Shown in pieces: positions 13,058 through 26,939 of a stretch of 64,000 bases of DNA. The notes beneath the pieces are model-generated. The model ran no database searches. It was not told the origin of the DNA and worked only from the letters and a program-made list of their open reading frames with translations. Source of the stretch: Mobula hypostoma (taxonomy: Eukaryota). Position 1 is the first letter of the stretch; each line of letters begins with the position of its first letter. The translations under genes and the position numbers were made by a program. The DNA lies in contig NC_086097.1 of the NCBI RefSeq assembly GCF_963921235.1, positions 163,496,001-163,560,000 of the forward strand, read 5' to 3'.

Positions 13058-13300
13058 TCAGAATCAGAGTCAGATTCATTTATTATCACTGCCTTACATG
13101 ACATGAAATTTGATGTTTTGTGACATTATTACAGTGGCAAGACATAAAATTACCATTAAATACAAAATAAATTAAATAATATAAAACAATAAAGAGGTAA
13201 TGCAAATTAAATAATAGTGAAACAATGTGCATGGGTTCAGAAATCTGATGGTGGAAGGGGAGAAACTGTTCCTGAGTCGCTGAGTGTGGGTCTTCAGCCA
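13058..13300 (-). mobile_element. Rex1/Babar 3' end
   Basis: cagaatcagagtcaga tail; gggttcagaaatctgatggtggaaggggagaaactgttcctgag. Confidence 0.7.
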
Positions 13301-14134
13301 CTGCTATTAGATTTGAAGCTTGCACCTTCTCCTGCAGATCATAAAACTGGAGATACCTATCACCAAATAGGAGCCATTCAGCCCATTGTGTCTAAACTAG
13401 CTAACAATGCTTCCATTTAGGTTACTCTTGTTGGGTAGACTGGAATACCTCAAGTGCACATCTCAGTGCATTTGAAATATTTCCACTACACTTTCAAACA
13501 GTGAGTTCCAAACCCCAAACTCTCATTACTTGAAATTCCTTTTCCTCAGCTCCTGATCTTTCCACCACTTATTTTAAACCAGTCCTGTACTCCTGACCTT
13601 TTTGGTAAGTGAAGTACATAATTCCAGTTGACCCTTTCTACATCCCATTATTAAATCCTCCAAAGAAAACCACTGCAGCCTAAATGGTCTCTCCTCAGTT
13701 ATAATTCTCCAGCCCTGGTACAGTACTTCTAAATCTCCTGTAGGCCCACTGTAGCAGCAGCATATCCTTCATGTAGTATGCAGTGCGGTGACGTGATATA
13801 AGGTGTTTCATGGTACTTGAGCAATATTAACTGCTTTGTTAACCTGTTCTGACACCAGCAAGGATTTGACAAAATACAGAACGCTCTTACAGCCAGTTAC
13901 AAATTGAATCGTCTGCTTAGTAGTTAATGATTTTGCTTTTGCACCATAGACATTTCACCACACACTCCTTTGTAGATCAAACCTGCTTGTTTTCTTACAA
14001 AGTCCACCGATGTCTTCTTCACAGTTTGCTCCGTTTCCTAGTTTTCTGCCATATCCAGAGCTGTTTCCGGTAATCCGAGTCATGACCGTATTTCAGAAAC
14101 AATGGTAGTCTCAGCATTAAAGCACCATTCCATT

Positions 14135-14425
14135 CAGAATCAGATTTACTATCACTATCTTCTCTGACTTTTTCAGCAGCAGTTTAGCTCAAAGACATAG
14201 AACTGCTATAAGTTATAAACATAAATAAATATAAAGGTAGCATTCTTTGGTTTCACATATTCCACAAATCTGATGGTGGAGAGGAGGAAGCTGTTCTTGA
14301 ATTATTGAGTATGGATCTTCAGGCTCCTGTACCTCCTCTCTGATGGTAGTAATGAGAAGAGGATGTGTTTTGGATGGTGAGGACTTTAGTGATGGATGCT
14401 TCCTTCTTGAGGCACCACCTCTTGA
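14135..14425 (-). mobile_element. Rex1/Babar 3' end
   Basis: cagaatcaga tail; antisense coding remnant (aagctgttcttgaa..ctcctgtacctcctctctgatgg). Confidence 0.7.
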
Positions 14426-14739
14426 AGACATCCTCTCTCCAGACCTAAAAATGTCATTCTCCTTTACTTTATACCTCTGCGTTTTGACAACCCTGTTACA
14501 TGCAGCTTTGTGAAATGCCATCTGAAATATAAACGTATGATTTCAACTAAACTGCCGTAATTCATCCTCAAAATAAAGCATAATCAAGTTGTTGGGAACA
14601 CAGTGTAGTAAGTGATGTGTAAAGGGAGCAGGCAGATTGTTCTGTGTTTGCATTAGTGATGCCAGAGTGGTACATTGTCTCCCTGCTGTTTGAGTTAAAG
14701 GTATTACTGAGCAGCCATGGAAACATCTGAAGGGAAAGG

Positions 14740-15000
14740 CAAGAAGACTTGAAACAATCAGCAAGTTAGACGGCATCTGTGGCGAGAGGAGCAGAATTTC
14801 CATGGTATATTGGTGACTTTCATTAGAACTAATGACTTCTAATCCAGCCTGGAAAGGCTGCAGATCTGAAATGATTGAATTCAGAGTTGTACCCTGCAGA
14901 CTACAGCTGGAAGATGAGATTCTGTGCCTTCAGGTTACATGGGGTTTTATTGGAGCTATGTAAGAGAACAAAGATAATGAGGCAGTGGGAGTGAAGTATC
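14740..15000 (-). mobile_element. Old Penelope-like fragment (pLTR plus GIY-YIG C-terminal remnant)
   Basis: Decayed similarity to the pLTR and ORF-end portions of 30672-31230. Confidence 0.45.
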
Positions 15001-15889
15001 AAAGTGATTTTTGACTCTTGTATATGTTATTGCTGGCTCTCAGTTTATTCTGTGATTGGCCAAGTGTCTGAGCAGAAGAAATACACAAGCATAGACAGCA
15101 TGATTATAGGTTGGACTGATGCTGAGAGACCTGCTGGTGTCGGAATCATGAAGCACATTCTTCAAAGTGTTGGATTATTTAACCTTAGAAGATTCCCAGA
15201 GAAATGGAATATATTGTAGGTTGGAAAGACAAATAGACTCATCATTGTGAGAAAGGGATGTGTAGAAGTAAATTCGCAAGGAAACTCAAAACGGGTGGGA
15301 ATGGAGGAAATGATTGGAGAGAACAGGGGGAAGCTGGGGTGATCATAGTTATGAGCAGACTATTGAGATTATATTAATACCAATTACCCTGATTAAGTCA
15401 TTGAATTAAAGCTTTGTGTTGGGATTGCCGAGACTAGGAAAGTCACAGGTTTAAATTTCAGCTAGTGATAAGTGGATTGATTTTGGTGAGAGTAAAGACA
15501 GAATAATTGTACTGGTCAAACTAGATAAAAGAGAGAGTGGATGAGTTATAGTTCTCAGTTATAGTTACTGTCTAATGTAATTGGAATTGGTATATTATTG
15601 TCACATATATTGAAGTACTGTGAAAAGCTTGTCTTGCATCTGTTCATACCGATCAATTTGTTATAAAGTGCGATCTTAGTGTACTAGGCAACCATTCATT
15701 ATTCTTATAACAGCTGTCCTTGAGCCTGGTGCTGCATGCTTTCAGGCTTTGTATTTTCTGCCGGATGGGAGAGGGCAGAAGAGAGAAGTATCTGACCCTC
15801 ATGCTCTTCCAGTGATCATATGATGTTTGGTATGACCACGTTCATTGTCCATGCTCGTATATATATATAAATGACCATTTTAGAGATAT

Positions 15890-16170
15890 ACAGTCATGGA
15901 GTCATACAGCACAGAAACAAGCCCTTTGGGTAGACTGAGATAGCCGTCTCAGCTATTCCCATTTGTCCGTGTTTGGCCCCATCCCTCTAAACCTTTTCTT
16001 TCCAAGTGTCTTTTAAATGTTGTTAATGTTCTTGCTTCAACCACTTCCTCTTACATCTTATTCTATATATGGACCACCTTCTGGGTGAAAATGTTGCCCT
16101 TTAAGTTGCTATTAAATCTCTGTCCTCACAACTAAAACCTATGCCCTCTCGTTCTTGATTATCTAACTAT
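15890..16170 (-). mobile_element. CR1 (HER1-like) LINE 3' fragment
   Basis: catacagcacagaaacaagccctt tail and antisense CR1 ORF2 end. Confidence 0.7.
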
Positions 16171-18039
16171 GTAAAAATTCTTGATTCCTAAACTTTTCAT
16201 GATTCCCCAGTACTCATGGATATATTCTCCAATAATGGCAGTTATGTCCATAAATGGAATGATTGAGAGTAAGCTGATGTAGTTCAGGACACCCGTGCTC
16301 ATGGAATTTATCACTGAAGAGCTAACTTCCAGCTTAGTCTGTGAAATCTCCCCTCTGAATCTGTACCCTGTAAATTTGGTGTAAGTACTGCAGTGCCATT
16401 AAAATGAGTAGAGAAATAGACTGCTGTGAGGGAGGTGAGTTACACTTCACTGATTTAAATAGATTTGTTTAACTGTTGTTTAATGTGTCTTGTAATTCTT
16501 AAAGAATATATTTAATGACTTTAATTTTATATGTAAACTGGGTGATTTAGATTGTTCGTGAATCCAAGAGGCAGCCAGGCCTGAGAGCCCCGACTCTGTT
16601 ACTGTGGCTGGGTCAGGGTCTTAGCTGAAGAGGAAGAGCTGTCAGTTAGCCATCCGAGGGGATGGAAGATGAGTGGCTAAATAGGTTGTTGATGGTCAGT
16701 GTGGCCTTAGGTGAGCTGAAGGGCTTGTGTACTGTATGTCTCTGTAACTCTAAGATCTGTCCCAGTGGAGTTCATACAAATTAGTTAAAATACAATAATT
16801 TGACCAAAGTTTTTGGTCACCTGGTCTGTTATCTACCTGAGCACTAAATTTCGTTTGCTAATTCTTCCGTGAAGTGCCTTGAATCATTTATTATGTTGGA
16901 GGTGCTGTGTAAATGAAAGCAATTCTTGTTAACAATGGTGCCTGTTTTCTTCAGGGAATAATATCCTTTATCGCAGTTTGCACTGCGTTTATAGCATCCA
17001 ATTGATTTGCAGAACGTAATCTTAGGGAAAGCAAACAAGATTTGAAAGTCTGTCATTATTACAGAGTGATAAAGGGGCGACCTGCAGATATTGGGCTTAG
17101 AAAGAATAAAGAATGGCTTATCCTTTATCTGGGTCTTTGTGGCCTGGGCAGGGTGTGAGTATGTGAGAAAACAGCTGGAAATGCGATTGAAAAAATGGAA
17201 AAAGATTAACCTTGGAAATCAGGCTTCAACCATTTATTTATCACAATCTAAGAGAGTACTGCTTTTTCAGATTAGTGACGATATTGAGAATGACTTTTTC
17301 AATCTGTTTGAAAGTGCAAAAGCAGACAGCCACAGTGGACACAATCAATCCAGGCTTTAACTTCCGATGGGACTGGCAGTGCAGAATTCGACTAAAGCTG
17401 TCCCACATTTCCCAAATGGATTGAGCAGTGAGATTTTGGGTTTAAACAGACAGTGGATGGAAAAGTCATAAGACGTTGGTTTAAAATTACCTGAGATTGC
17501 TTTGTGGCTTCTCTCCTCTGGGAAACACAAAGACAAGATGTTCATTTAAGTGACTAGCATTATGGAGGCAGATTGAGCAAAAAGCACTCTCGCGATTCAC
17601 TGAAAAGCACGTGCAAGGCTGATAAAGCTGAGTAGGCAGAAGACCAAAGAGGGAAGGGGTACTGATGAACATATAATGTTACAGTATGCCAGATAGGGAA
17701 TGCTGGAGGATTTTGTAGCGTTGAGCAGTTTGCAGTTGTTAGTGCAGTTGTTTGAGCAATAAATGTTGAGCAGGGAACTGAGGAGATACTTGAGTCGTGC
17801 CATGGACTCGTCCTCACCCACCCATTTTGCCTTTAAGAGAATAGTAACACAAGAATCTGCAGATGTCGGAATCTGGAGCAACAATATACTGGAGGAACTC
17901 ATGGCATCTGGGGGGTTGGGAGGGAAATGTAATTCCTCCTCTTCTCCCTCCCCATGAATGCTAATCAACACATTGAGTACCTCCGGCAGTTTGTATGTAA
18001 CTTAAATGAGATGGAACCTCCTCTTTACCGTAGCAGGGT

Positions 18040-18425
18040 GCCATAAGAACATAAGAAATAGGAACAGGAATAAACCTTATGAACTGTCAAGCCTTCTCCT
18101 CCATTCAATCAGATCATGTCCGATCTGGCCGTGAACTCAGCTCCACCTACCTGCCTTTTCACCATAACTCCTAATTCCCCTGCTATGCAAAAATCTATCC
18201 AACTGTCATAAAATAATTTAAATGATTTTTTTTCCTGCTGATTCATGGGCAGAGAATTCCACTGAATCTCTACTCTCTTGGAAAAGGAGTTTCTCCTCAT
18301 CTCCATTCTAAATCAATTCCCCTGAATCTTGAAGCTATGTCATCTAGTTCTAGTCTCACTTACCAGTAGAAACAACTTTCTTCTCTCTATCTTAACTATC
18401 CCTTTCATAACATTATGTTTTTATA
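18040..18425 (-). mobile_element. CR1 LINE 3' fragment
   Basis: (ataagaac)n tail; ORF 18109-18306 EMRRNSFSKRVEIQWNSLP. Confidence 0.8.
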
Positions 18426-20254
18426 ATATCTCTCCTCATAAGCTAACCCCTCATCTCCAGAGTCAACATTTTCTACACTGCACCAAAGATAGAATATCTT
18501 CACTCAAGATGTTGAACTTGCTGGAGTGGGGAATGGACTTGGAGTTTCCTGACGTGAGACAAGGGAACTTTCCACTGAGCCTTGGTGATCAGCAACAAGC
18601 ACCAGGTGGAAGTTTATTATAGCAATCCTGTCAATTCATGACAGATTGAGCATTGACCTGGTGGTTATACTGTGGCTCAGTAATGCAAAAGATGGTACAT
18701 ATTGTCACCTGAGCCAGCAGAGTTCATTATTGCACCCCCATCTTTCTGACATTGCTACACTACTTTTAAGAAGTCCTTGCCTCTGCATGAATTTTAATAG
18801 GTGATAGAAAAGGTCACAGCAAATTACATTTATCAGGGGGACAGAAAGGTAAAACACTTGAAGGTCTAAGTAATGAATGAAATTTTCATGACATTTGCAT
18901 CTCTCTGTGGGTTCTATGAGGGAAAAATATATTCATTCCAGGAGCCATTGATGTTAATATCAAAAAGGGAGCAAAAGCAATTTACAGCAATTCATGAGCT
19001 ACCTCATTCCAAGAAAGGGTTGAATAAGTCATTGCTTAAAATAAGAACTTCTGAGCATTTGCCAATTACACCCAGATATTGACAGGGAAAAATACCTTGA
19101 AAAAAATTACATTGGATGCAAGATAATAGTTTTAATCTTGTGAACTTAAATGCTTTCCCATTCTATGATTCTGTTTTCTCTGTATTTGCTTGTAGAAAGT
19201 AAACCAATGAACTTGAGAGTCGCCAGAGTTCTTTACAGCAACTGGTAGAAAACAATTAATAGTGCAAAACATATTAAGAATCATAAATAACTTGATTCTT
19301 TTATATTGAAATCTCAGGTCTAATGGAAGAAATATTGGAGAATTTTACAGTGCTGAATCTTGAATTGATGAAGGCAAATATCAAAGGAGAAAATTATTAA
19401 TAGAAAATGACAAGGACTTAAGCAGTCCTCAGGCTGTAATGTACATTGTGATATCTTTTACTACAATCTGTGATGGTCACATTATTACCTTAATATCTAT
19501 GTCACTGCCCCTCCATAAAAGAATAATGATGGGAAGAACAGAGTCTTCTTTGAGTGTACTTTTGCGAGCTTCAATTCTCCATATTAAAAAGTAGTGGGAT
19601 GATCAGTTTTGAATAGCTGGTACTGGAAGTTGGCCTTCTTTCCTCATACTTTTCTCTTTTCTTTGGTGCTTGTCATGGATGTATATGGAAATGGATTTCT
19701 CTGACAAAAACACAATGCTTACCAACAGGTCTACATGCCCAAAATCTCAGTGTGTGCTGAGATTACTGTTGGGGGCATTTCAGGAAGGGACATGCGATGA
19801 TGGGGCAGTACTAATGTAGAATTTCTCACTAGTACTTATTGTAGAGCTTTACATGTGAAGAAGGCTCTTTCTGGCTCGGTTCTAAAAAAAGTACATCCTT
19901 AAGGGGGAGGATAATAGTGTAATGGTCGCTTGATACTATTTTGATTTAATATATTTTTGACCACAAAGTACTCTGGTGTCATTTAAATGAAAGTGAATGA
20001 AGAAATATTTTTAATATTTGGCCAGTAGTCAGTTTTGCCACTGAAGCCATAAATGCATTCATTCCTATTCTCCTTCATCTATCTAGTCAGCTTGACCTTC
20101 CTTTCCTTCCTCTCACCTCATGTAATTATCTGACTATCTTTTAATGTTAACTTAGCAGAATTTAATTTATAAGATTTAATCGTTTTGACAGGTAAAATAA
20201 ATTATTTTTAGGCATTTATTTTCCTTTTTATTGATTTGAGTTTTCAGAATTGTA

Positions 20255-20348
20255 CAACATACATCAAAGTTGCTGGTGAACGCAGCAGGCCAAGCAGCAT
20301 CTATAGGAAGAGGCGCAGTCGACGTTTCAGGCCGAGACCCTTCGTCAG
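20255..20348 (-). mobile_element. Penelope-like pLTR fragment truncated at the hammerhead core
   Basis: Near identical to 33606-33698 (reverse complement) and 55913-56006; similarity stops at cttcgtcag (CTGACGA on the - strand). Confidence 0.85.
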
Positions 20349-21369
20349 ATTTTACAGTTTTTACCCTTTTTACAGTTTTTTAAAACCTCCATCTCAGCTT
20401 GTTTCCTTTCTTGAATCAGTCACACAGCTAGCTGAAAGAAATACAGTTGGTTTAGGCTGATGTTAATAATTTAAATGGATTCAGTCAGAGGAGATTTTTC
20501 ACAGATTCACTGATAGTAGTTGGTTATTGTCCCAATAGACTGAGACCCCTTAATAAAGATGGAAATGACTTGCATGTAGTTCAATGTAAAGATTTCAAGT
20601 TGGGTTTGTCTTGTGCACAAGTAGAGGTAAAAATGAAAAGTTTGCTTGCAGCAGCATCACATGCTATCCAGCGTGTGAATTGATTTGAAATTTGGTACTA
20701 TGCATGGCAAAATATGTCTTTTATATCAAGGGAAACAGTGTGACTCGTCATGAAGTTAATTTCCAGGAACCTGAAGCAAATGCAGGAGAGTAAATGAACT
20801 TCACTGTTAGAGTCTTGTCCTGCGAGGTGGGATCATAAGGTACCACCTGACACCTTAGGAAAGCCTTTGAGTTCTGGTGGAGGATGAACTGAAAATTCAT
20901 CCTCTGACGAGTGGAGCTTTCTGAATTCCTTGTTGATGCTTGTGAAAGATCCTCTGATCAGAAATCGGGCCTCAGACTGCTTCGTTATTGCCTTAGTACA
21001 GGAGCACATCCAGCAATGGAAATTGCACAGTGCTGATAACCTGAGGATTACTGAACCACTTCATGAAAATGTTTGAAGCAGGAGCGGAGCAATAACCTGA
21101 GTCTGTGTAAGATGCTAAATATCAAAAACAGAGATTCCAAGAGGGCATTTCTTTCACTACAGCTATAGAATACAATCATTCTTGCAGATGTATAATGTTA
21201 ATCTCCAACTTGACAGCAAATGCACAAGCCTGTTTGAATTGGGTAATCACTGAGACTTGATTCCTGCACTTGATAATAGTGACTATGGTGCTAGCCCTGG
21301 TTCACTTGGAACTTCCTCAGCTGTAGGGCAGAAGGCTGTGCACTCTGTGCCCCACCCATTACATTTGGT

Positions 21370-21630
21370 GGAATATTCAGTGAAGTACTGACGCAGTGAA
21401 TTGCTGCCATATGTATCTTTGTTCCTGTGAGACATTCAAAGCTTCATTGGTTTGAATGTATTAAAAAAAATCAGTGTCTAGTGTCTATCCTCTAACTAAT
21501 ATTGCATAAAACAGATTTATTTGCTCTTGATTGTTGGTGGGCTGTGAGATATTGCTGTGCACAGATTGGCTGACACAATTCTTACATTAACACAGTGACC
21601 ACTGCTCCATGAGATTATAGAAAGTGCAAT
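21370..21630 (+). mobile_element. Deu-SINE, degenerate
   Basis: cagtgaagtactga...taaaacagatttat...gatattgctgtgcacagattggctg...cttacattaacacagtgac. Confidence 0.6.
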
Positions 21631-22136
21631 ATTAGCTACATCTTGAGCTGTGAACCTGAATATACCACATAGAGCTACTTCATCATACTGTCAGCCCTGT
21701 GTGCCTCTGTATGTCAGAAGTCACCTTCTCCATTAGTTTTTTACACTCTTGGAGCTGTTCAACTTCAGTGTGCACTGCAGCTGACCCAAGCTTTCCTGTT
21801 ATTTAAAAGTTTGTTGGCATGCTGTTCCATCAAATCAATATTTTACTGATTGCCATGAACTAACTGCGTAGAAAACTCCCTACAAATCAAAGGAAAATGA
21901 AACAGCTGTACAGCATACAGAGTTGCATCTTTTTACGTGCATGAAATAAGGAAGGAAATGTCACAGAGTCTATTTGGCCCGTCATCTCCAGCTTCGTTTT
22001 AAATTAGTCCCTTGCTGTTAGACGGTGTCTTTTCTTACCCTTTATTGCAAAGAATCGTGTAGTAATATGCTTCCTGCTTGCATTACTATGCAACTCTAGT
22101 CCTTGTTACTCAAGTACTAGCACGTGTATGCAATTG

Positions 22137-22216
22137 TCACACACAAAATGCTGGAGGAACTCAGCAGGCCAGGAAGTATCCATGGAAAAGAGCACAGCTG
22201 ACATATCGGGCTGAAA
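22137..22216 (-). mobile_element. 80-bp Penelope-like pLTR insertion
   Basis: cacacaaaatgctggaggaactcagcaggccagg; perfect 12-bp TSD tgtatgcaattg (22125-22136 / 22217-22228). Confidence 0.85.
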
Positions 22217-22444
22217 TGTATGCAATTGCCAAGATTTTACTGGACACATGTTCCACTGTACACTTTTCCTTTAAAATTACTGATCATTGAACTAAATATT
22301 AGAAGCTCAGGTGTGAACAGGTCATTTTCCTCTTAATCACTTAAGATAGATTTTATTCAAATCACGTAATTACCTCACTAACTCCTAGCTCTTCTTAAAT
22401 CTTTGATCCCTCATTATTGATATCTCTGCTATTCACTCGACCTA

Positions 22445-22790
22445 TGCATACCCATTACATCATCTTTTGGCCGTTATATCCAAAAGCAAACTTACAGTTC
22501 CACCAGGTTCAGGAACAGCTACTTTCCTACAACAGTCTGGTTTTTGAAACTACCTGCACAGCTCTAACCCTACCTCACCAATGGAACACCATGGACCATC
22601 TCTTGCAATATCATGAACTTTGCCCCAATTGTGTTTTTTTTTGCACTTGTATCTTGTTTTGCAGTCTTTTTCTTCTCTGTTTCAAGTGTTTTCCAAACCT
22701 ATGTGTATGTGTTGCTGATGCAGGCAAATTTTTCATTCTACCTGTATCTCACTGTATTTTGTACATCTGCCAATAAACTTGACTTGATCT
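22445..22790 (+). mobile_element. Rex1/Babar 3' end
   Basis: caccaggttcaggaacagctactttcc; ends caataaacttgacttga. Confidence 0.65.
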
Positions 22791-24074
22791 TTCCTATCAC
22801 TGGCAAAATCCTTTTAAACCTTCAATGAAGCCCTTCTATTGTTGTCATGTGGTACCCAGGTCCTAATCTGGGCTCCCTGTGGTACCAGCTTGCCCCTTGT
22901 TATTCTTTCCTCTGAAAAGAAGCATGCCTCCTTAACCCACCTGTTCTGCTGCCTTGAAGGGTTACAATGGGTATGCACACCAAACTCCTATCACACCACT
23001 ACACTTTTTGGTATCAATCGAACTCAAAGCAATAAGAACCGTGAAGAAGAGAGCTCTGAAATAAAAATGGGAAATGCTGTCTGTAGAGACATATAGCATA
23101 TGGAAGGAGGCTCTTTGGCCCATTGTGTCTGCAGTCTATCAAGTATTCATTTTTACAATTCTTGCAGTAATCCCAATTTTAAAAAATTCCCCACATTCCA
23201 GTCAACTCCACCTAGATTCTACCACTTAATTACATGCTGTGGATAATTTACAGTGGCCAACTTACTTACCAAACCAAACATCTGCACTTGACAAGTCAGC
23301 CAGAATCTAAGAGCATAAGATACATTTGGTATTTTTCTATCAGTATTTGATTTTGGTAACTTACTTCCTTGCTTCACTGCTGAAATATCTTACATTTTGA
23401 GAAACTTTGAACTTTTTTTACTGTGCCATGGGCTGTTCTCCATCGTTATGGTATTGTTGCACTGTTGTAACTATATGCCGTAATTATGTGGTTTTGTTAG
23501 TTTTTCAGTCTTGGTCTGTCCTGTGTTTTCGTGATATCACACCGGAAGGATATTGTGTCATTTCTTAATGCATGCATTACTAAATGACAATAAAAGAGGA
23601 CTGCGTGTCCTCATAATTTAATCTAATCTAATAATCTAATTTTAGTACTGGTTTTTTAAGTCAATCCAGAAATGGTACCACTGTAATGAAGCATTTTACA
23701 GTTCTGGCAAGTAATGAGCAATCAAATCCTGTTACAATATGTATATGTCCTTGTCAAACTTATACCAAACCTTCCTGTCTCAATAACTCTGTTCTGGTGA
23801 CCACAAAGACTTGTCTCAGCTGACGTGAGTCTGGGACCTTTCAGTGGACTCGTCTATTTGACGGAGCAGTAGTGGATGATCTTAGTCAGATATTTTGGGT
23901 CTAATCAAAATTTTGAACAGGAGCTGCTACAAATCATTAGCCACTGAAATTCAATAAGACAAGGTCATTTCAAAGACACAAGATCCATTCCTTTCTTATT
24001 TTAAAAAATCTTTCACGTGCATAATAAAAACAGAAACTGTTGGAAACTTTCAACAGAGCACGTATAGCAAATTG

Positions 24075-24640
24075 TAAACATGAGATTCTGCAGATGCTGG
24101 AAATCCAGAGCAGCACTCACAGAATGCTGCAGGAACATAACTGGTCAGGCATCTCTATGGAAAGGAATAAACAGTCAATGTTGTAGGCTGAGACCTTTCA
24201 TCAGGACTGGAAAGGAAGGGGGGAGGATGCCAGGATAAAAAAGGGGGGGGAGAAAAAGAGGGACAGGTTTTGGGAACTGGAGAGTGAAGGGGAGGTAAAG
24301 ATGTGTTTGATAGTAAGATCCCTTTGAAGATGGCAGAGGTTGCATGCAGAGGTTCATAGGGTGGTAGGTGAGGAGAAGAGGAGCTCTATCCCTGTTCAGG
24401 TGGTGGGACGATGGAGTGAGCGTGGATGTCCAGGAAATGGATGAAATGCGGGTGAGGACAGCATCATTGGTGGAGGATAGTGAAGGGAAATCTTATTCTT
24501 TGGTGTGCAGAATAGTTGCAGTGGAGATGAAGGAACTGAGGAAAAAATAGCATTTCTACAGGAGGCATGGTGGGAAGAGGAATAATGAAGATAGCCAAGG
24601 GAATTGGTAGGTTTATAAAAGATGTCAGCAGACAGTTTTC
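24075..24640 (-). mobile_element. Penelope-like element fragment with decayed hammerhead
   Basis: pLTR (ctgcagatgctggaaatccagagc...ctttcatcaggactgg) followed by similarity to the ORF region at 31600-31950. Confidence 0.7.
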
Positions 24641-25099
24641 CATGGCCAGGAAGTGGTGGCAGCCAAAGTCTGGGCTCGGGCTGGAGCTAGAGCCCACGTA
24701 ATTCATGTTCTGGAGGCATCCGGGATCATTGGAATTAAAGTTGGAGGTGGTGGGATCCATGGTCTGGAAGCATCCAGGGTTATTGGAATGGGAATTGGTG
24801 ATGGTGGATGGTGGAATCCACAGTCTGGAGACATCCAGGGCATTCGGAACCTGAGTTGGAGATGGTGACAAGCCTGCTGCATAACGTAGCAACCCTGGAG
24901 AGAAAAGTAAAGTTAGTGTTTCCAGTTGTCCCTCTGAAAGGTATATTGTTTCTCCTTCCACAGATGTTGCCTGACCAGCTAAGTGGACTTCCATCATCTG
25001 CAATATTTTTTTCAATTTCATTTTCTTTTACATAAAGCCGGCATGATTTCAGGCCATATTACGGTACCTTGTAGGTAACGAAATATCTCTAAACAATTG

Positions 25100-25750
25100 G
25101 GTATGGAACATAGAACAGCATGGTACATAAACAGGCCCTTTAGCCCACAATGTTGTGCCAAACTAATTAAGCTAATCACAGTTGCTTCTGCCTGTGTATA
25201 GTCCATATCCATCCATTCTCTGAACATTCAATTGCCTATCTAAGAGCCTTTTAAATTTCTGTATTTCATTTGCCATCAACATCACCCTGGCTGTACATTC
25301 CAGGCACTCCGTGGGAAAACAAAATTTGCCCTGCACATCTCCTTTGAACTTTCCTCTTCTTACCTTAAATTCATGCCCCCTAGCATTAGACAAATCCACC
25401 CTGGGGAGGAAAAAAGGTGTTGACTCTATGTCTACATGATTTTATAAACTCCTGTCAGGTCTCCCCTCAGCTTCCACCACTCCTGAAGAAGCAACCTTAA
25501 ATTGTCCCATCTTTCCTCATAGCACATAGCCTCTAGCCCAGGCAGCATCCTTTACGCCCTTTCCAAAGCCTGCCTATAATGGGGCAACCAGAAATTAATG
25601 TCATGCTCCAGGAGCAGCTTAACCAGTTTTTATAAAGTTCTATCATAACTTCATTACTCTTGAACTCAGTACCGTGACTAAAATAGGCAAACGTTCCATG
25701 CTCCTCCTTCATCACCCTATTGACCTGCTGCCTCTTTCAGGGAGCTATGC
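25100..25750 (-). mobile_element. CR1 LINE 3' fragment
   Basis: ORFs 25172-25399 (RGHEFKVRRGKFKGDV) and 25533-25715. Confidence 0.8.
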
Positions 25751-26473
25751 ACTTCAGAATCAGTATCAGACGTATCACTGACATATGTCATGAAATTCAT
25801 TGTTTTGTGGCAGCAGTACTATGCAAGACATAAACATTACTAAAGTTGCAAAAAAAACCCAACTATTAAATAAACAACCGTTGCAAAAGAGGAATAGTGA
25901 GGTTATATTCATGGATTTATGTACTATTCAGAAACCCCCCCACTTCTGCTGACAAGTCACTCCTACAACTGCAAATAACTTTACAGATTTTGTATACAAT
26001 GATGTTGAAAGGCTGAAGTTCACAGTCTTCATTTGGTGAGGGCAATGCTTTCATGTTTGAATTAATAGCATGTTAGAATGGTCTTCCAGATAGCTCTTGC
26101 AACATCCCTTCATCTTAATATACTAGATATTTTCCCTCTATTTTTCATCACAGATGGAGGGTCTCAACCGGAAACATTGAATGTCCATTTCCGTGCATGG
26201 AAGCTGCTCAGCAAGCTGAGTTCACCCAGCATTTTGTCTGTTGCTCCAGATTTCAGCATTTGTGGTCTCTTGTGTCTCCGTGTCAGAGTTGTCCATTATT
26301 GGGCTAAAAGTAATCTCTAAGCCATTTTGAAGCAGGTAATATGCACATAAACCATTTCATGGGCAAACTTGAAAATGCTTCCACTGATCTTCTGGGATTG
26401 AAAATCAAATGGATACAAAACATTTAGCAGCCCAACTTGATTACATGTCATTTTGAACAAGTGTCTCTGAGAA

Positions 26474-26645
26474 TCAGGAGCAACACATACAAGCTACTGG
26501 AGGAATTCAGGCTCAAAACGCTGGAGGTCTTGGCCTGAAATGTTGACCACTTATTTCCCTCCATAGATGCTGCCTGACTTGTTGAGTTCCTTCAGCATGT
26601 TGTGTGTCTGTTGCTCGGGATTTCCAGCAACTGCAAAAATCGCTT
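26474..26645. mobile_element. Short inverted Penelope-like pLTR insertion
   Basis: Arms gagcaacacatacaagctactggaggaattca and tgagttccttcagcatgttgtgtgtctgttgctc; TSD-like gtgtctctgagaa (26461-26473) / gtgtctttgagaa (26646-26658). Confidence 0.65.
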
Positions 26646-26939
26646 GTGTCTTTGAGAAGGAAATCAAAATTGCTGGTCGTTGAGATTTGCCTGAATGATA
26701 CCAGGGATGAGGCTTAGACATGTGAAAAGATGATCATCGTGCAGCAGGGTTAAGGAAGGATCTGATAATATTCACAATTATGAGGAGCTTTGATGGTAAA
26801 CAACAGCAATCTGTTTCCTCTAATCAGTGAGCTGGTATACTAAAAGTATAGCTAAAAGATTATCAAAAGTACAACAAAACAATTAGAACTTTGTTATAAC
26901 ATGAAGAATTCTCAGTTAAGACTAAAGACTCAGAGACCA

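Noticed and set aside
24464..25021. 185-aa ORF
   Set aside because: A patchwork of Penelope fragments and a tandem repeat.
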